A stretch of 64,000 nucleotides of DNA from Candidatus Gottesmanbacteria bacterium (GCA_903821745.1 CAIJMI010000004.1:152404-216403), one strand, 5' to 3'; numbered from the stretch's first letter, positions 1-9,983 are shown. The notes: generated by a model from the letters alone, not told the origin. Translations and numbers: made by a program.

Positions 1-44
1 TGTTACTGTATCAAAATATTACTTGGAAAAAGCTTAGAATTTTA

Positions 45-1112
45 TTATTTAATCGGTAATAAAATCGTAAATGTCGTGCCTTTTCCTAATACACTTTCTA
101 CTGTTATTTTTCCTTGGTGTTGTGCGATGATTTGTTGTGCGATGGATAGACCTAGTCCATATCCACCGATGCCGGTTTTAGATCGTGAGTTATCTCCACG
201 ATAGAAACGTTCAAATATATGAGCGATAGCTGAGGTTTCAATACCAATCCCAGTGTCTTTAATCAGGAGACACGCAGCACCATTTTGTGATAAAAGCTTT
301 ATTTCGATTGAACCGTTGTCTTTATTGTATTTAATTGCATTATCCAAAAAGTTATTGATCATTTCCCTCAAACCATCAACATTTCCGTGTATTGTTATTG
401 GTGTCGTTTTGCATGAAACGGTAATATGGTGAACCTCGGCTTTTGGTGTCATTCTTTTTACGCAGCCCTGCACCAATTCGTCAATACGAATATCACTGAA
501 ACTTTGTTTATCTATTGTTCTTGAATATTTTTCAATGGTAAGCAAATTATTCGTAAGCGTTTCTAAACTGTTGACGTCATCCAAATTGCTTATGAGGATT
601 TGTTTCATTTGTTTATATGGAATTGGTCCCATTTTTAGGGTTACCTCAATTGCGGTTTTGAGTGTTGTGAGAGGGGTTCTGAGTTCATGCGAAGCATTTG
701 CAACAAATTTCTTTTGGTCATCAATCATTTGTTCAATTGGTAAAAGCGTTTTGCCAGCTAATATATAGGAGGCAAAAGCAGAGAGTCCTAATACAAGAAT
801 ATTTGCAAGAAATAAATAGAGAAGGAGTTGATTTCGACTAGCAAGATATTCTTGTTGAATTTGTGCATTGAAGGGTGGATCTACAAGCTCGGGTTGTAGA
901 TCTTTTGGGTCAGGGAGTGGTTTAGGAAGCACAATTTTTAGTTGGTCAGCAACAATTTTTTGTTGTTCCCGCCGTGCGCTTCGAAGTAGTTCAGCGTTTA
1001 GCGATGAATAGACAACACCACTAAAAATAAACGATACGATCATAAGAATCATGACGTACCAGAGTGTGAGTTTTATTCTTGCTTGTTGGAACTGATTATT
1101 CATGTGTATCAA
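45..1112 (-). CDS. Sensor histidine kinase (OmpR-family partner)
   Basis: Two TM segments, H-box FVANASHELRTPL, N-box NFLDNAIKY, DTGIGI and GYGLGLSI boxes. Confidence 0.95.
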   Translation of the reverse strand: MIHMNNQFQQARIKLTLWYVMILMIVSFIFSGVVYSSLNAELLRSARREQQKIVADQLKIVLPKPLPDPKDLQPELVDPPFNAQIQQEYLASRNQLLLYLFLANILVLGLSAFASYILAGKTLLPIEQMIDDQKKFVANASHELRTPLTTLKTAIEVTLKMGPIPYKQMKQILISNLDDVNSLETLTNNLLTIEKYSRTIDKQSFSDIRIDELVQGCVKRMTPKAEVHHITVSCKTTPITIHGNVDGLREMINNFLDNAIKYNKDNGSIEIKLLSQNGAACLLIKDTGIGIETSAIAHIFERFYRGDNSRSKTGIGGYGLGLSIAQQIIAQHQGKITVESVLGKGTTFTILLPIK

Positions 1113-1776
1113 TTTTATATCCGAAACCTCGGACTGTATGAATAAGCGGCTTCAAAGAGGGAAATGGTTTATCTATTTTTTCTCGTAAATAGTTAATATA
1201 TACTTCTACCGTATTTGGTAGGATATCATCTTCATAGCTCCAAATATTCTGAATTATTTCATCTTTATTTTTTACATCTCCTTTGTGTTTGAGTAAGAAC
1301 TCAAGGAGCGCATATTCTCTTTTTGAAAGTGAAATTTTTATCTTTACTCTCTTTACTTCTCGTTTTATTGTGTTCAGCGTTAGATTACCAAGTTTTAAAA
1401 CCCCATCAGTTTGTTGTTTTGGTCTTCTTGATAGCGCTCGTATACGAGCTACCAATTCCGCAAAAACGAATGGTTTAATGAGATAATCATCTGCTCCGGC
1501 ATTAAGACATTCAACTTTATCATCCGTTGCCCCTTTGGCGGTAAGAACGAGTATGGGAGTGTGTATATCTTTTTTTCGGAGATCTCTTAAAAGTTCCAAG
1601 CCTGGTATCTTTGGCAACATAAGATCAATGATTATAACGTCGTATGGTTCAGATGAGGCTAAATCAAATCCTTCTTCTCCATCGAAGGCAAGGTCAACCG
1701 ACCAGGATTCCAGTTCCAAACCGGTTTTGATGAACTGCGCTATTTTATGCTCGTCTTCCACAACGAGAATCTTCAT
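1096..1776 (-). CDS. OmpR/PhoB-family response regulator
   Basis: MKILVVEDE receiver, DLMLP, GADDYLIKPF, C-terminal TVRGFGY winged helix; start moved to ATG 1776. Confidence 0.95.
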   Translation of the reverse strand: MKILVVEDEHKIAQFIKTGLELESWSVDLAFDGEEGFDLASSEPYDVIIIDLMLPKIPGLELLRDLRKKDIHTPILVLTAKGATDDKVECLNAGADDYLIKPFVFAELVARIRALSRRPKQQTDGVLKLGNLTLNTIKREVKRVKIKISLSKREYALLEFLLKHKGDVKNKDEIIQNIWSYEDDILPNTVEVYINYLREKIDKPFPSLKPLIHTVRGFGYKIDTHE

Positions 1777-1858
1777 ATTATCTGTATTATACAAAAGTAA
1801 ATCTTGGAAGGAGCTTAAAGAATTATGAAAAAAATCACTAGTCTAAATGGAGAGTAAA

Positions 1859-1938
1859 TAGGTTCGAACTTCGTCCATTGCGTGGAGCAAGGTTTTTTAG
1901 CTTCAGTTTTTCCTCATACCACAAAGTATTTTCGAACT
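1859..1938 (+). repeat. Dispersed intergenic element copy A (TTCGAA...CCATTGCGTGGAGC...GCTTCA...TTCGAAC)
   Basis: 1875-1905 matches 5826-5856 at 26/31 nt; 1859-1875 matches 5779-5795 at 14/17 nt. Confidence 0.7.
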
Positions 1939-1953
1939 TGATATAATTCGTAT

Positions 1954-2508
1954 ATGGTCGGGCAAGTAATTTTTGAAGGGAAAACAAAACAAGATAAGCA
2001 GTATGTAATTCGTTATCCTCAAGAGGGCGACGCGCAGGCAATGTGCGATTACATTAATGAACTTTCTCAAGAGCACACATACATTCGTTTTCAAGGAGAA
2101 ACAGTTTCTTTAGAAGATGAAACAAAGTATTTACAAGAGCAGCTTGAGAAAATAAGAAAGAATAAAACAGTTCAACTCCTCGTTATTTGCGAAGGTAAAA
2201 TTATGGGAATTTCTGCCATTGATTTAAAAGACAAAACAGAAAGTCATGAAGGTGTTTTCGGTATCTCATTAGCCAAAGATATTCGAGGAGAAGGTATTGG
2301 AAAGATACTAATGAAATTAACCATCGAAGAAGCCGAAAAACACTTATCTGAACTTCGCCTTATCACACTTGGCGTGTTTGGAGATAACCAGCTTGCTTTT
2401 AAGATGTATGAAGACTTCGACTTTCAGGAATATGGAAGACTACCAGGAGGCTCACTACATGATGGTAATTATGTTGACCACGTATATATGTATAAGAAAA
2501 TTCGTTAA
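1954..2508 (+). CDS. GNAT (RimJ/RimL-like) N-acetyltransferase
   Basis: RGEGIGK acetyl-CoA motif, N..AFKMYE.F.F.EYG motif. Confidence 0.85.
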   Translation: MVGQVIFEGKTKQDKQYVIRYPQEGDAQAMCDYINELSQEHTYIRFQGETVSLEDETKYLQEQLEKIRKNKTVQLLVICEGKIMGISAIDLKDKTESHEGVFGISLAKDIRGEGIGKILMKLTIEEAEKHLSELRLITLGVFGDNQLAFKMYEDFDFQEYGRLPGGSLHDGNYVDHVYMYKKIR

Positions 2509-2708
2509 TTAATGCTTGCAAGGAGCTTCTGTGTCTGTTGCATAACTACTTCAGGATAATCAACGCTTGAGATAATTTGCTGGGAGAAATCGTCCCATTG
2601 AGCGAGCAAGTGATATTTTAGAGCGTATTAACAATCTAAACCACTAATTAAACCATAAGCGTTTAAGCCTTCTTATCTAATTTTACTATAGTTTGGTATA
2701 CTAAATTC

Positions 2709-3296
2709 ATGCGCCGTAAACGACGTATATATGTATCGCACCATTTGCACAAATGGAAATATAAAAATATAACTCTTGCCACTTTTGGTATTCTTTTAGC
2801 AGTTGTTCTTTCTCAAATCGAAGCGTTTCATACATTTCTTATGCACATTGGAGGATTTGGTTATATAGGGGCATTTATTGCAGGGATGTTATTTGTATCA
2901 ACATTTACTGTAGCGACGAGCGCCCTCGTGTTATTAACCCTTGCTGAAACGTTATCACCAATTGAAATTGGGTTAATAGCCGGGCTTGGAGCAGTTGTTG
3001 GTGATTTAACTATTTTTCATTTTATAAAGGATAATTTAACTTCGGAAATAGAGCAGATATTTAATCATTTTGATAAGAAAAAACATCTCAAACATCTCTT
3101 TCATACAAAATATTTCAACTGGATGCTTCCTGTGTTTGGGGCAATTATTATTGCATCACCACTCCCTGATGAATTAGGGGTAAGTTTAATGGGATTATCT
3201 CAAATGAATACAACGCGATTTATTATTCTATCGTATATTCTTAACTCCTTGGGAATATTTGTTGTAGTATCAGCATCAATATTTATTAAACCATAA
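2709..3296 (+). CDS. Multi-pass membrane protein (DedA/SNARE-associated-like)
   Basis: Hydrophobic helices, GLGAVVGD and ASPLPDELG motifs. Confidence 0.6.
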   Translation: MRRKRRIYVSHHLHKWKYKNITLATFGILLAVVLSQIEAFHTFLMHIGGFGYIGAFIAGMLFVSTFTVATSALVLLTLAETLSPIEIGLIAGLGAVVGDLTIFHFIKDNLTSEIEQIFNHFDKKKHLKHLFHTKYFNWMLPVFGAIIIASPLPDELGVSLMGLSQMNTTRFIILSYILNSLGIFVVVSASIFIKP

Positions 3297-3301
3297 TATA
3301 T

Positions 3302-5743
3302 ATGTTTGAAGAGGAACAAGGGCTTTCTAAAAATGAAGTAATTCAAAGGCAACAGCTTGATGGTCTCAATGTACTACCCGAAAAAACACCTCCAAGTAAG
3401 TTTTCTATCTTTATTAATCAATTAAAAAGCCCGCTAGTCTATATTCTTCTGATTGCCTCGTTTATAACAATTGCGATAGGACATATCACTGACGCGATCA
3501 TTATTTTTATTGCAGTATTTATTAATACTGTGCTTGGATACATTCAAGAACAACGTGCTTCAAACGCGCTCCTTGCGCTGAAAAAGTATGTTACCCACAC
3601 AACGACCGTTATTCGGGAAGGAAAACGGATAAAGGTTCACACAACACATATTGTTCCCGGGGACGTTGTGGTGTTAGAACAAGGTGAAAATGTCCCAGCT
3701 GATGGAATACTTCTTTTTGCGAACCGACTATATATAGATGAATCCATTTTAACCGGTGAGAGTATTCCTGTAGGAAAGAGTAAAGATCAGACGGTATCTA
3801 TGGGTACTATTATTGCTTCAGGACAAGGAAGAATTCAGGTTGAAGCAATTGGAGGAAAGACGAAGATGGGTGCAATAGCCACACAGATTCAACAGGACGA
3901 GGAACAAACGCCTCTTCAACGGCAGTTGCAGAAGTTTAGTAAACAACTTGTTGTGGTTATAACTGTTCTTACAGCATTTGTTTTTTTCCTTGGTGTTTTT
4001 TATCAATTTAGTTTAACTGAAATATTTATTACCTCTGTTGCGCTTGCCGTATCAAGTATTCCCGAAGGGTTGTTAGTATCTCTTACGGTTGTACTTGCTA
4101 TTGGTATGCAAAAAATAGTCAAACATAGAGGGTTGGTACGGAAATTATCAGCTGCAGAGACACTCGGAGGAATCACTGTTATATGTGTTGATAAAACTGG
4201 TACGTTAACACAGGGAAAAATGGAAGTAACTGATCATATTGGTGACGTCAAAGAATTGGCACAGCAGGTGCTCCTTGCCAACGATTTAGATGATCCGATG
4301 GTTATAGCTGCATTTACCTGGGGAAGAACAATTATTCAGGATTTTATATCAGAGCATGCTCGACTTGACAGCATTCCATTTTCTCCAAAAGAGCGCTTCT
4401 TTATTAGTCTTCATGTATGGAACAAAAAAACAAACATGGTGTTTGTTAATGGTGCACCAGAGCAACTTCTTTCTTGGTCAACAGTTTCAGAAGAGGAGCA
4501 AAAAGAAATCAGTGCTGCTATCGAAGCACTTACAAAACAAGGAAAAAGACTTATCGGTTTTGCACGAAAAGAAGTAGATCATACGAAAAAAACGTTAGAG
4601 CATACCGATGCAAAGGAAAAGTTAACATGGGTAGGACTACTAGCGTTTTCAGACCCCGTGCGATTAGGGGTAAAAGAGGCGTTAGATGAAGCAAAAACTG
4701 CGGGTATAAGAACAATTGTTATAACAGGAGATTATCCAAAAACATCAGAATTTGTCCTTGCTGAACTCGGGATGCCGGTTCATAGTGATGAGGTTGTCAT
4801 AGGAGAACAACTTGAAAAAATGAATTCAGAAGAGTTGATAGACGCAGTTAAGAGCGCTCGATTATTTGCCCGAACTACCCCAGGCCAAAAACTGCTGATT
4901 GTCGAAGCGTTAAAAAAGAACGGGGAAATAGTCGCAATGATGGGTGATGGCGTTAATGATGCACCCGCGCTTCACAAAGCAGACATCGGTATTGTTGTCG
5001 GGGACGCAACTGATGTGGCAAAAGAATCAGCTGACCTTGTTCTTCTTGATTCAAATTTTTCAACAATAATCAGGGCTATAGAAGAGGGGAGATCGATGTT
5101 TGAGAATATACGAAAGATAATCCTATATCTTATGAGCGACGCCTTTGCAGAGATACTTGTAGTCGTCGGGAGTATTATATTATATTTACCTCTCCCTGTT
5201 ACTGCAGTACAGATTTTGTGGATTAATCTGGTTTCTGATGGTTTTCCGGATCTTTCTTTAACAGTTGACCCTAAACGGAAGGATATTATGAGGGAACACC
5301 CGAGAAATCCTCATGAGCGGTTGGTCAACAGGTGGATGATGATACTTATCGGAACGGTAAGTGTTGTTGCGGGCGTGCTAGCGTTAGGATCATTTGTTGT
5401 TTTATACAAAACATCAGGGGATATACTGCTTGCAAGGTCATTTACATTTATTGTTCTTGGTCTAAATTCTCTAGCGTATGTATTTTCAGTCAGAACGCTC
5501 ATGACACCTTTTTGGAAGAGCCGGCTTTTTGTTAACAAGTGGTTACTTGCAGCGGTGTGTGCCGGATTTGTTTTACAATGGATTCCATTTTCCACCCCTG
5601 TTCTCCGTCAATTTTTTGGATTAACCCAGATTCCCATTTCATACTGGATCATGGCAATAGCCTTTTCTGTAATCATGTTTATGATAATAGAAATGTTCAA
5701 GTTAGTGTATCGTTTTCGGAAATCAATAAAATTCTTAAATTAA
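3302..5743 (+). CDS. P-type cation-transporting ATPase (P2A, Ca2+-type)
   Basis: TGES, PEGL, DKTGTLT, TGD, GDGVNDAPAL motifs. Confidence 0.92.
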   Translation: MFEEEQGLSKNEVIQRQQLDGLNVLPEKTPPSKFSIFINQLKSPLVYILLIASFITIAIGHITDAIIIFIAVFINTVLGYIQEQRASNALLALKKYVTHTTTVIREGKRIKVHTTHIVPGDVVVLEQGENVPADGILLFANRLYIDESILTGESIPVGKSKDQTVSMGTIIASGQGRIQVEAIGGKTKMGAIATQIQQDEEQTPLQRQLQKFSKQLVVVITVLTAFVFFLGVFYQFSLTEIFITSVALAVSSIPEGLLVSLTVVLAIGMQKIVKHRGLVRKLSAAETLGGITVICVDKTGTLTQGKMEVTDHIGDVKELAQQVLLANDLDDPMVIAAFTWGRTIIQDFISEHARLDSIPFSPKERFFISLHVWNKKTNMVFVNGAPEQLLSWSTVSEEEQKEISAAIEALTKQGKRLIGFARKEVDHTKKTLEHTDAKEKLTWVGLLAFSDPVRLGVKEALDEAKTAGIRTIVITGDYPKTSEFVLAELGMPVHSDEVVIGEQLEKMNSEELIDAVKSARLFARTTPGQKLLIVEALKKNGEIVAMMGDGVNDAPALHKADIGIVVGDATDVAKESADLVLLDSNFSTIIRAIEEGRSMFENIRKIILYLMSDAFAEILVVVGSIILYLPLPVTAVQILWINLVSDGFPDLSLTVDPKRKDIMREHPRNPHERLVNRWMMILIGTVSVVAGVLALGSFVVLYKTSGDILLARSFTFIVLGLNSLAYVFSVRTLMTPFWKSRLFVNKWLLAAVCAGFVLQWIPFSTPVLRQFFGLTQIPISYWIMAIAFSVIMFMIIEMFKLVYRFRKSIKFLN

Positions 5744-5778
5744 GCATAAGCAAATAGCTATTCTCAGAAGTAAGGAAG

Positions 5779-5898
5779 TAGATTCGAATTGCGTCACTGA
5801 AAATCAAAAAGATTTCCAGTGTAAACCATTGCGTGGAGCCGGAGTTTTTCGCTTCAAATTATCACAAATGAAGTAACCTCGAAAGGACGTTCGAACCC
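5779..5898 (+). repeat. Dispersed intergenic element copy B with 31-nt hairpin insertion
   Basis: Same left arm and CCATTGCGTGGAGC core as 1859-1938; CACTGAAAATC-N5-GATTTCCAGTG hairpin at 5795-5821; GTTCGAAC at 5889-5896. Confidence 0.7.
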
Positions 5899-5901
5899 AA
5901 T

Positions 5902-5930
5902 GAAAAAAATTTCAATCTTCAGTTGTATTA
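5902..5930 (+). promoter_or_regulatory. Putative ECF-sigma promoter GAAA-N15-AGTTGTATTA
   Basis: Same motif and spacing at 6393-6421 upstream of the ECF sigma gene. Confidence 0.5.
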
Positions 5931-5954
5931 CTCATAGAAAGAGAGGTGAATTAC

Positions 5955-6326
5955 ATGAATAAAAAAACAATCATTGCATTAAGTATCGCATCTGTTGTTC
6001 TTGGAGGTATTTTTACTTTTCCAAAGATAGCAGAAGCATATAAAGGAAATCCTACAGTCAAAGGACCATATTACACAGAAGAACGTCATGAGGCTATGGA
6101 AAAAGCGTTTGAAACAAAAGATTATAACGCTTGGAAAAACCTTATGCAGGGAAAAGGTCGAGTAACTCAAGTTATCAATCAGGATAATTTTGCGAAATTT
6201 GCCCAAGCACACGAACTTGCTGAAGCAGGAAAACTGGAAGAAGCTGCTGCAATTCGAAAAGAATTAGGATTAGGTTTACATAATGGATCTGGTCAAGGAA
6301 TGGGAATGGGACGATGGAGTAAGTGA
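5955..6326 (+). CDS. Secreted hypothetical protein with Gly/Met-rich tail
   Basis: Signal peptide; SD GAGGTG before ATG 5955; downstream hairpin. Confidence 0.75.
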   Translation: MNKKTIIALSIASVVLGGIFTFPKIAEAYKGNPTVKGPYYTEERHEAMEKAFETKDYNAWKNLMQGKGRVTQVINQDNFAKFAQAHELAEAGKLEEAAAIRKELGLGLHNGSGQGMGMGRWSK

Positions 6327-6352
6327 CTTTACTTTATAGGTCACAAACGCTT

Positions 6353-6374
6353 CCCCGTCAATATGACGGGGTTT
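6353..6374 (+). terminator. Intrinsic terminator-like hairpin
   Basis: CCCCGTCA-ATA-TGACGGGG followed by TTT. Confidence 0.55.
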
Positions 6375-6392
6375 GGCGTAGGAAAACCCAGG

Positions 6393-6421
6393 GAAAGAAA
6401 TATGGAGCGGTAGTTGTATTA
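6393..6421 (+). promoter_or_regulatory. Putative autoregulatory ECF promoter
   Basis: GAAA-N15-AGTTGTATTA immediately upstream of the ECF sigma ATG 6432. Confidence 0.5.
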
Positions 6422-6431
6422 CAATTGTGAT

Positions 6432-6983
6432 ATGCCGGGAACCAAGACACTATCAGATGAAGAACTGGTTATCCATATTCGGACAAAAGAAAAAGAACGG
6501 TTTACATATATTGTAGAGCGGTATAAAGACAAGCTGTTGCGATATGCTACATACTTAATTCATGATGAACAGAAAGCGATGGATGTTGTTCAAGACGCAT
6601 TCATTAAAGCGTATGAGAATCTCAACGGGTTTGATGTAAGAAAAAAGTTTTCGAGTTGGATATATCGCATTGTTCATAATGAAGCAATGAACAGTGTTAA
6701 AAAATACCATAAGGAAACGCCATTTCTTCCAAACGTGGATTTTCAAAGTGATGAAAATATAGAACATGATTTTACGAGAAAAGAAATTATTGAAAACGCA
6801 CAATCATGTCTTGATGGAATGCCCGTATTGTACAGTGAGCCTTTAACTTTGTATTATTTAGATGAAAAGTCATATGAAGAAATTAGCGATATATTACGGA
6901 TTCCCATGGGTACCGTTGCAACGAGGGTGAGTCGTGCAAAAAAACTCATGAAAGCACTATGTCAAAAATCAAAAAAGATATAA
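6432..6983 (+). CDS. ECF sigma-70 factor
   Basis: DVVQDAFIKAY, FSSWIYRI..N region 2; SYEEISDIL.IP.GTV.TR..RA region 4. Confidence 0.93.
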   Translation: MPGTKTLSDEELVIHIRTKEKERFTYIVERYKDKLLRYATYLIHDEQKAMDVVQDAFIKAYENLNGFDVRKKFSSWIYRIVHNEAMNSVKKYHKETPFLPNVDFQSDENIEHDFTRKEIIENAQSCLDGMPVLYSEPLTLYYLDEKSYEEISDILRIPMGTVATRVSRAKKLMKALCQKSKKI

Positions 6984-7447
6984 CAAATGACGTTATGTCC
7001 CGTATTAAACGGGAACATATCACAATGAAACCCAGATGGTATTTTATCGTAGGATCGATTGCGATGGTGTTAGGAATCGTCGGATTAAGTATTGTCTCAA
7101 TATTTTTTGTTAATATTATTGTTTTTTCACTCCGAACGCATGGACCGATGGGGGCTGTTCGGTATCAGCAACTGCTCTCAAGTTTTCCTTGGTGGGCACC
7201 AATGTTAGTGGTTATTGGATTAGGATTTGGGATATGGATGCTGAAAAAATATGATTTTTCATATAGGAAGAATTTTCTGCTAGTTATACTAGGATTTATC
7301 GCTGCAATAATAATTTCAGGCATATTGATTGACTATCTTGGAATTAATACATTTTTATCTCATCAAGGTAAAATGAAGAGATTATATCAACGGATTCAAA
7401 ATCAAGATACGTTAAATATAAAAGGAGGTCGCTATCAGCAAAAATAA
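6959..7447 (+). CDS. Membrane protein, candidate anti-sigma factor
   Basis: Overlaps sigma 3' end; short basic N-terminus and 3 TM helices. Confidence 0.6.
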   Translation: MSKIKKDITNDVMSRIKREHITMKPRWYFIVGSIAMVLGIVGLSIVSIFFVNIIVFSLRTHGPMGAVRYQQLLSSFPWWAPMLVVIGLGFGIWMLKKYDFSYRKNFLLVILGFIAAIIISGILIDYLGINTFLSHQGKMKRLYQRIQNQDTLNIKGGRYQQK

Positions 7448-7478
7448 AATTTGTAGTAAAGTTGTATGATAAATCTAT

Positions 7479-8129
7479 ATGAAAAATAAAGGAATGAAAA
7501 CTATGAAAAAAACGTTACTTATGTATATAGGGATAGCGTTGTTGGTAGGCATTGTTGGTGGGTATGCGATATTTCAATTTAGTGGAAGTACCAAGAATTT
7601 TTTTACACAACAAACAAACAGGATGGGTCGTGGATTTGTCGGAAGCATAGGGCAAGGAAAGAGTGGTCAAAAAAATGGGACGTGTATGGTCGATGAATTA
7701 CTCACAGAAGAAACAAAGGATACAGTAAGTAATCTTTCAGTTAATGCACAAAAAGCTCTTGAAGATGCAATCAATGATGAATATAAGGCCTTTTCGACAT
7801 ACCAAGCAGTCATTAATAAATTAGGCCCAGTTCGTCCTTTTTCAATGATCATACGAGCAGAAGAACAGCACATAGCCTTATTAAAAGCTTTGTTTGATAA
7901 ATATGGAATTAAAATTCCTGTTAACTCGTGGATTGGGACGATTACGGCGCCAGTAACACTTAAAGAAGCATGTCAAATGGGTGTTGACGCAGAAATTGCA
8001 AACGCGAATTTATACAAGATTCAATTGTTGTCTATAGTAAAAAACAATACTGATATTTTAGCTGTTTTTATGAATTTGATGAATGCGTCAGAACAAAAAC
8101 ATTTGGTTGCGTTTGAGCGATGTAATTAA
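7479..8129 (+). CDS. Membrane-anchored ferritin-like (DUF2202-like) protein
   Basis: DEYKA..TY, AEEQH, AEIAN..LY, ASEQKH di-iron-type motifs; N-terminal TM. Confidence 0.7.
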   Translation: MKNKGMKTMKKTLLMYIGIALLVGIVGGYAIFQFSGSTKNFFTQQTNRMGRGFVGSIGQGKSGQKNGTCMVDELLTEETKDTVSNLSVNAQKALEDAINDEYKAFSTYQAVINKLGPVRPFSMIIRAEEQHIALLKALFDKYGIKIPVNSWIGTITAPVTLKEACQMGVDAEIANANLYKIQLLSIVKNNTDILAVFMNLMNASEQKHLVAFERCN

Positions 8130-8175
8130 CTTTTTATAAATACAAAATAGTCAAAAATTATTTTTGGAGGTAACT

Positions 8176-8868
8176 ATGAAAAAAATTATGTTGAGTATCA
8201 TGATGTTCATTCTCGTAGCACCAGTAATGGCGGCACAAAATAATGGAGTCGGTTTGCAAACAGGAAGTGGTTCTCAACAGACTGTTGTTTCTCCAACAAA
8301 AGCAGTTGTTCCGTCAAAAACGATTTCTCCGACAGGAAATCGAGTGCAAAATCAAGTTCAAACACAAAATCAAGGTGAAGATTCACAAATTCAAGTGGGT
8401 ACACAAGAAAATCTTGGATCAGAAGTTGGAAACAGCATGGATTCACGAAGCGAAACCGCCATTAAACATATGAGTGAAGTAGCAAAACAAGTGCAAGGTA
8501 TACTACAACTGAAAATTTCAGGCGGAATTGGTGATCAGGTTAGAATAGTAGCTAGAGAGCAAACTCAAGCACAAGACAAGATTCAAGAGAACATGACAAA
8601 AATGGAAAGTAAAAATCCTCTACTTAAAAAGCTGTTTGGACCAGACTACAATTCTATCAAGGCATTAAATCAGTTAATTGAAGAAAATAACACGCGGATT
8701 CAACAACTTGAAGAATTATTAATTCAAGTACAGAATTACTCTGATAAAACACAAATTCAAGAAACAATTCAATCTATTATAAATCAAAACACTGCGCTTC
8801 AGGAGCGAATACAAGCTGAGACACAAATTGGAAGTCTTTTCGGATGGTTTGTAAGGTTTTTTAACTGA
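8176..8868 (+). CDS. Secreted Gln-rich coiled-coil hypothetical protein
   Basis: Signal peptide, GGIGDQVR..A..Q, LFGPDY, SLFGWF; SD GGAGGT. Confidence 0.75.
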   Translation: MKKIMLSIMMFILVAPVMAAQNNGVGLQTGSGSQQTVVSPTKAVVPSKTISPTGNRVQNQVQTQNQGEDSQIQVGTQENLGSEVGNSMDSRSETAIKHMSEVAKQVQGILQLKISGGIGDQVRIVAREQTQAQDKIQENMTKMESKNPLLKKLFGPDYNSIKALNQLIEENNTRIQQLEELLIQVQNYSDKTQIQETIQSIINQNTALQERIQAETQIGSLFGWFVRFFN

Positions 8869-8937
8869 TAAGAGAGAATAAGTCACCGTCATACAGTAGT
8901 TTCTTGACAATATATTAGAATATGCTAATATATATGC

Positions 8938-9204
8938 ATGGCACGTAATGTTTATTTAGTGTTCGGTAATAAGATACGAACAAAATTAGTTCTGTGTCTT
9001 TCTAAAGAACCAAAGAATGTTACTGGCCTTATTCATACTTGCAATCTTTCGCAATCTGCGGTTTCTCAACACCTTGCTAAGTTAAAAAAATCAGGTATCG
9101 TCGAAATAAAAAAGGAAGGAAAAGAGATATGGTATTCACTAAAGCATAAGAAAGCGGCTGATATTAGTCGATTATTAGTATCGTTAGAACAGGAGGTTCT
9201 ATGA
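8938..9204 (+). CDS. ArsR/SmtB-family transcriptional regulator
   Basis: LSQSAVSQHLAKLKKSGIV...EGKEIWYSL. Confidence 0.9.
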   Translation: MARNVYLVFGNKIRTKLVLCLSKEPKNVTGLIHTCNLSQSAVSQHLAKLKKSGIVEIKKEGKEIWYSLKHKKAADISRLLVSLEQEVL

Positions 9205-9455
9205 ATTATTCCAATGTAAAAGTATACGCTACGACAACATGTCCATACTGCACTATGGTTGCTGATTGGTTGAAAAGTAAAAATGTCACTTTTGATAAAG
9301 TGCTTGTTGATCAAGATCAACAAGCTGCAAATGAAATGATTCAAAAGACTGGTCAGATGGGGGTTCCAGTGATAGAAATTGGATATGCTGACAGAAAATC
9401 AGAATTTATTGTCGGATTTAACCAACCACAATTAGCATACATGCTGGGAGTATAA
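9201..9455 (+). CDS. Glutaredoxin/NrdH-like redoxin
   Basis: CPYC active site, GQMGVPV. Confidence 0.9.
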   Translation: MNYSNVKVYATTTCPYCTMVADWLKSKNVTFDKVLVDQDQQAANEMIQKTGQMGVPVIEIGYADRKSEFIVGFNQPQLAYMLGV

Positions 9456-9593
9456 TATTTATGAACCACTGCCTTTGAATTTAATCAGTTAAATGGTTAC
9501 GTTTAAAGATTTAGAAAATATTAGAATGGGTTAGAACGTTCTCTATAGGTGAGCCCGATATATCACTCAATAGTCACCTGATAGAATATAAAT

Positions 9594-9983
9594 GTGATGA
9601 AAAAAAATAACAAAAAACTATTATTTTGGATGCCAAGGATATTAGGAATAATATTTATTCTTTTCTTAATGATGTTTTCTTTAGATGTTTTTGAATTAAG
9701 ATTAACTGGGTGGCAGATAGTTATGGGTTTGTTGATGCATAATATTCCTACATTATTTTTATTAATTATTTTGATAATTTCATGGAAGCATGAAATAGTA
9801 GGAGGAATTGTTTTTATCCTTGCAGGAGTATTCTATATTATCATGTTAACCATGCAGCCTACATTTGAATGGTACATGTTGGCTTGGTCAGCAATAATTG
9901 CTGGCCCATCATTGCTTACTGGTGTATTATTTTTTATAAATTGGCGTAAAAAACGCCATTATAGAATTGAATTAAAAAAATAG
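9594..9983 (+). CDS. Small 4-TM hypothetical membrane protein
   Basis: Hydrophobic ORF with W.PRIL and LMHNIP motifs. Confidence 0.7.
   Translation: MMKKNNKKLLFWMPRILGIIFILFLMMFSLDVFELRLTGWQIVMGLLMHNIPTLFLLIILIISWKHEIVGGIVFILAGVFYIIMLTMQPTFEWYMLAWSAIIAGPSLLTGVLFFINWRKKRHYRIELKK

Noticed and set aside
1859-1938. tRNA gene at GGTTCGAAC (also 5889)
   Set aside because: No T stem, D arm or anticodon arm can be folded; kept only as a repeat
9521-9585. GTTAGAAC and AGGTGA..TCACCT as another copy of the dispersed element
   Set aside because: Lacks the CCATTGCGTGGAGC core; similarity too weak
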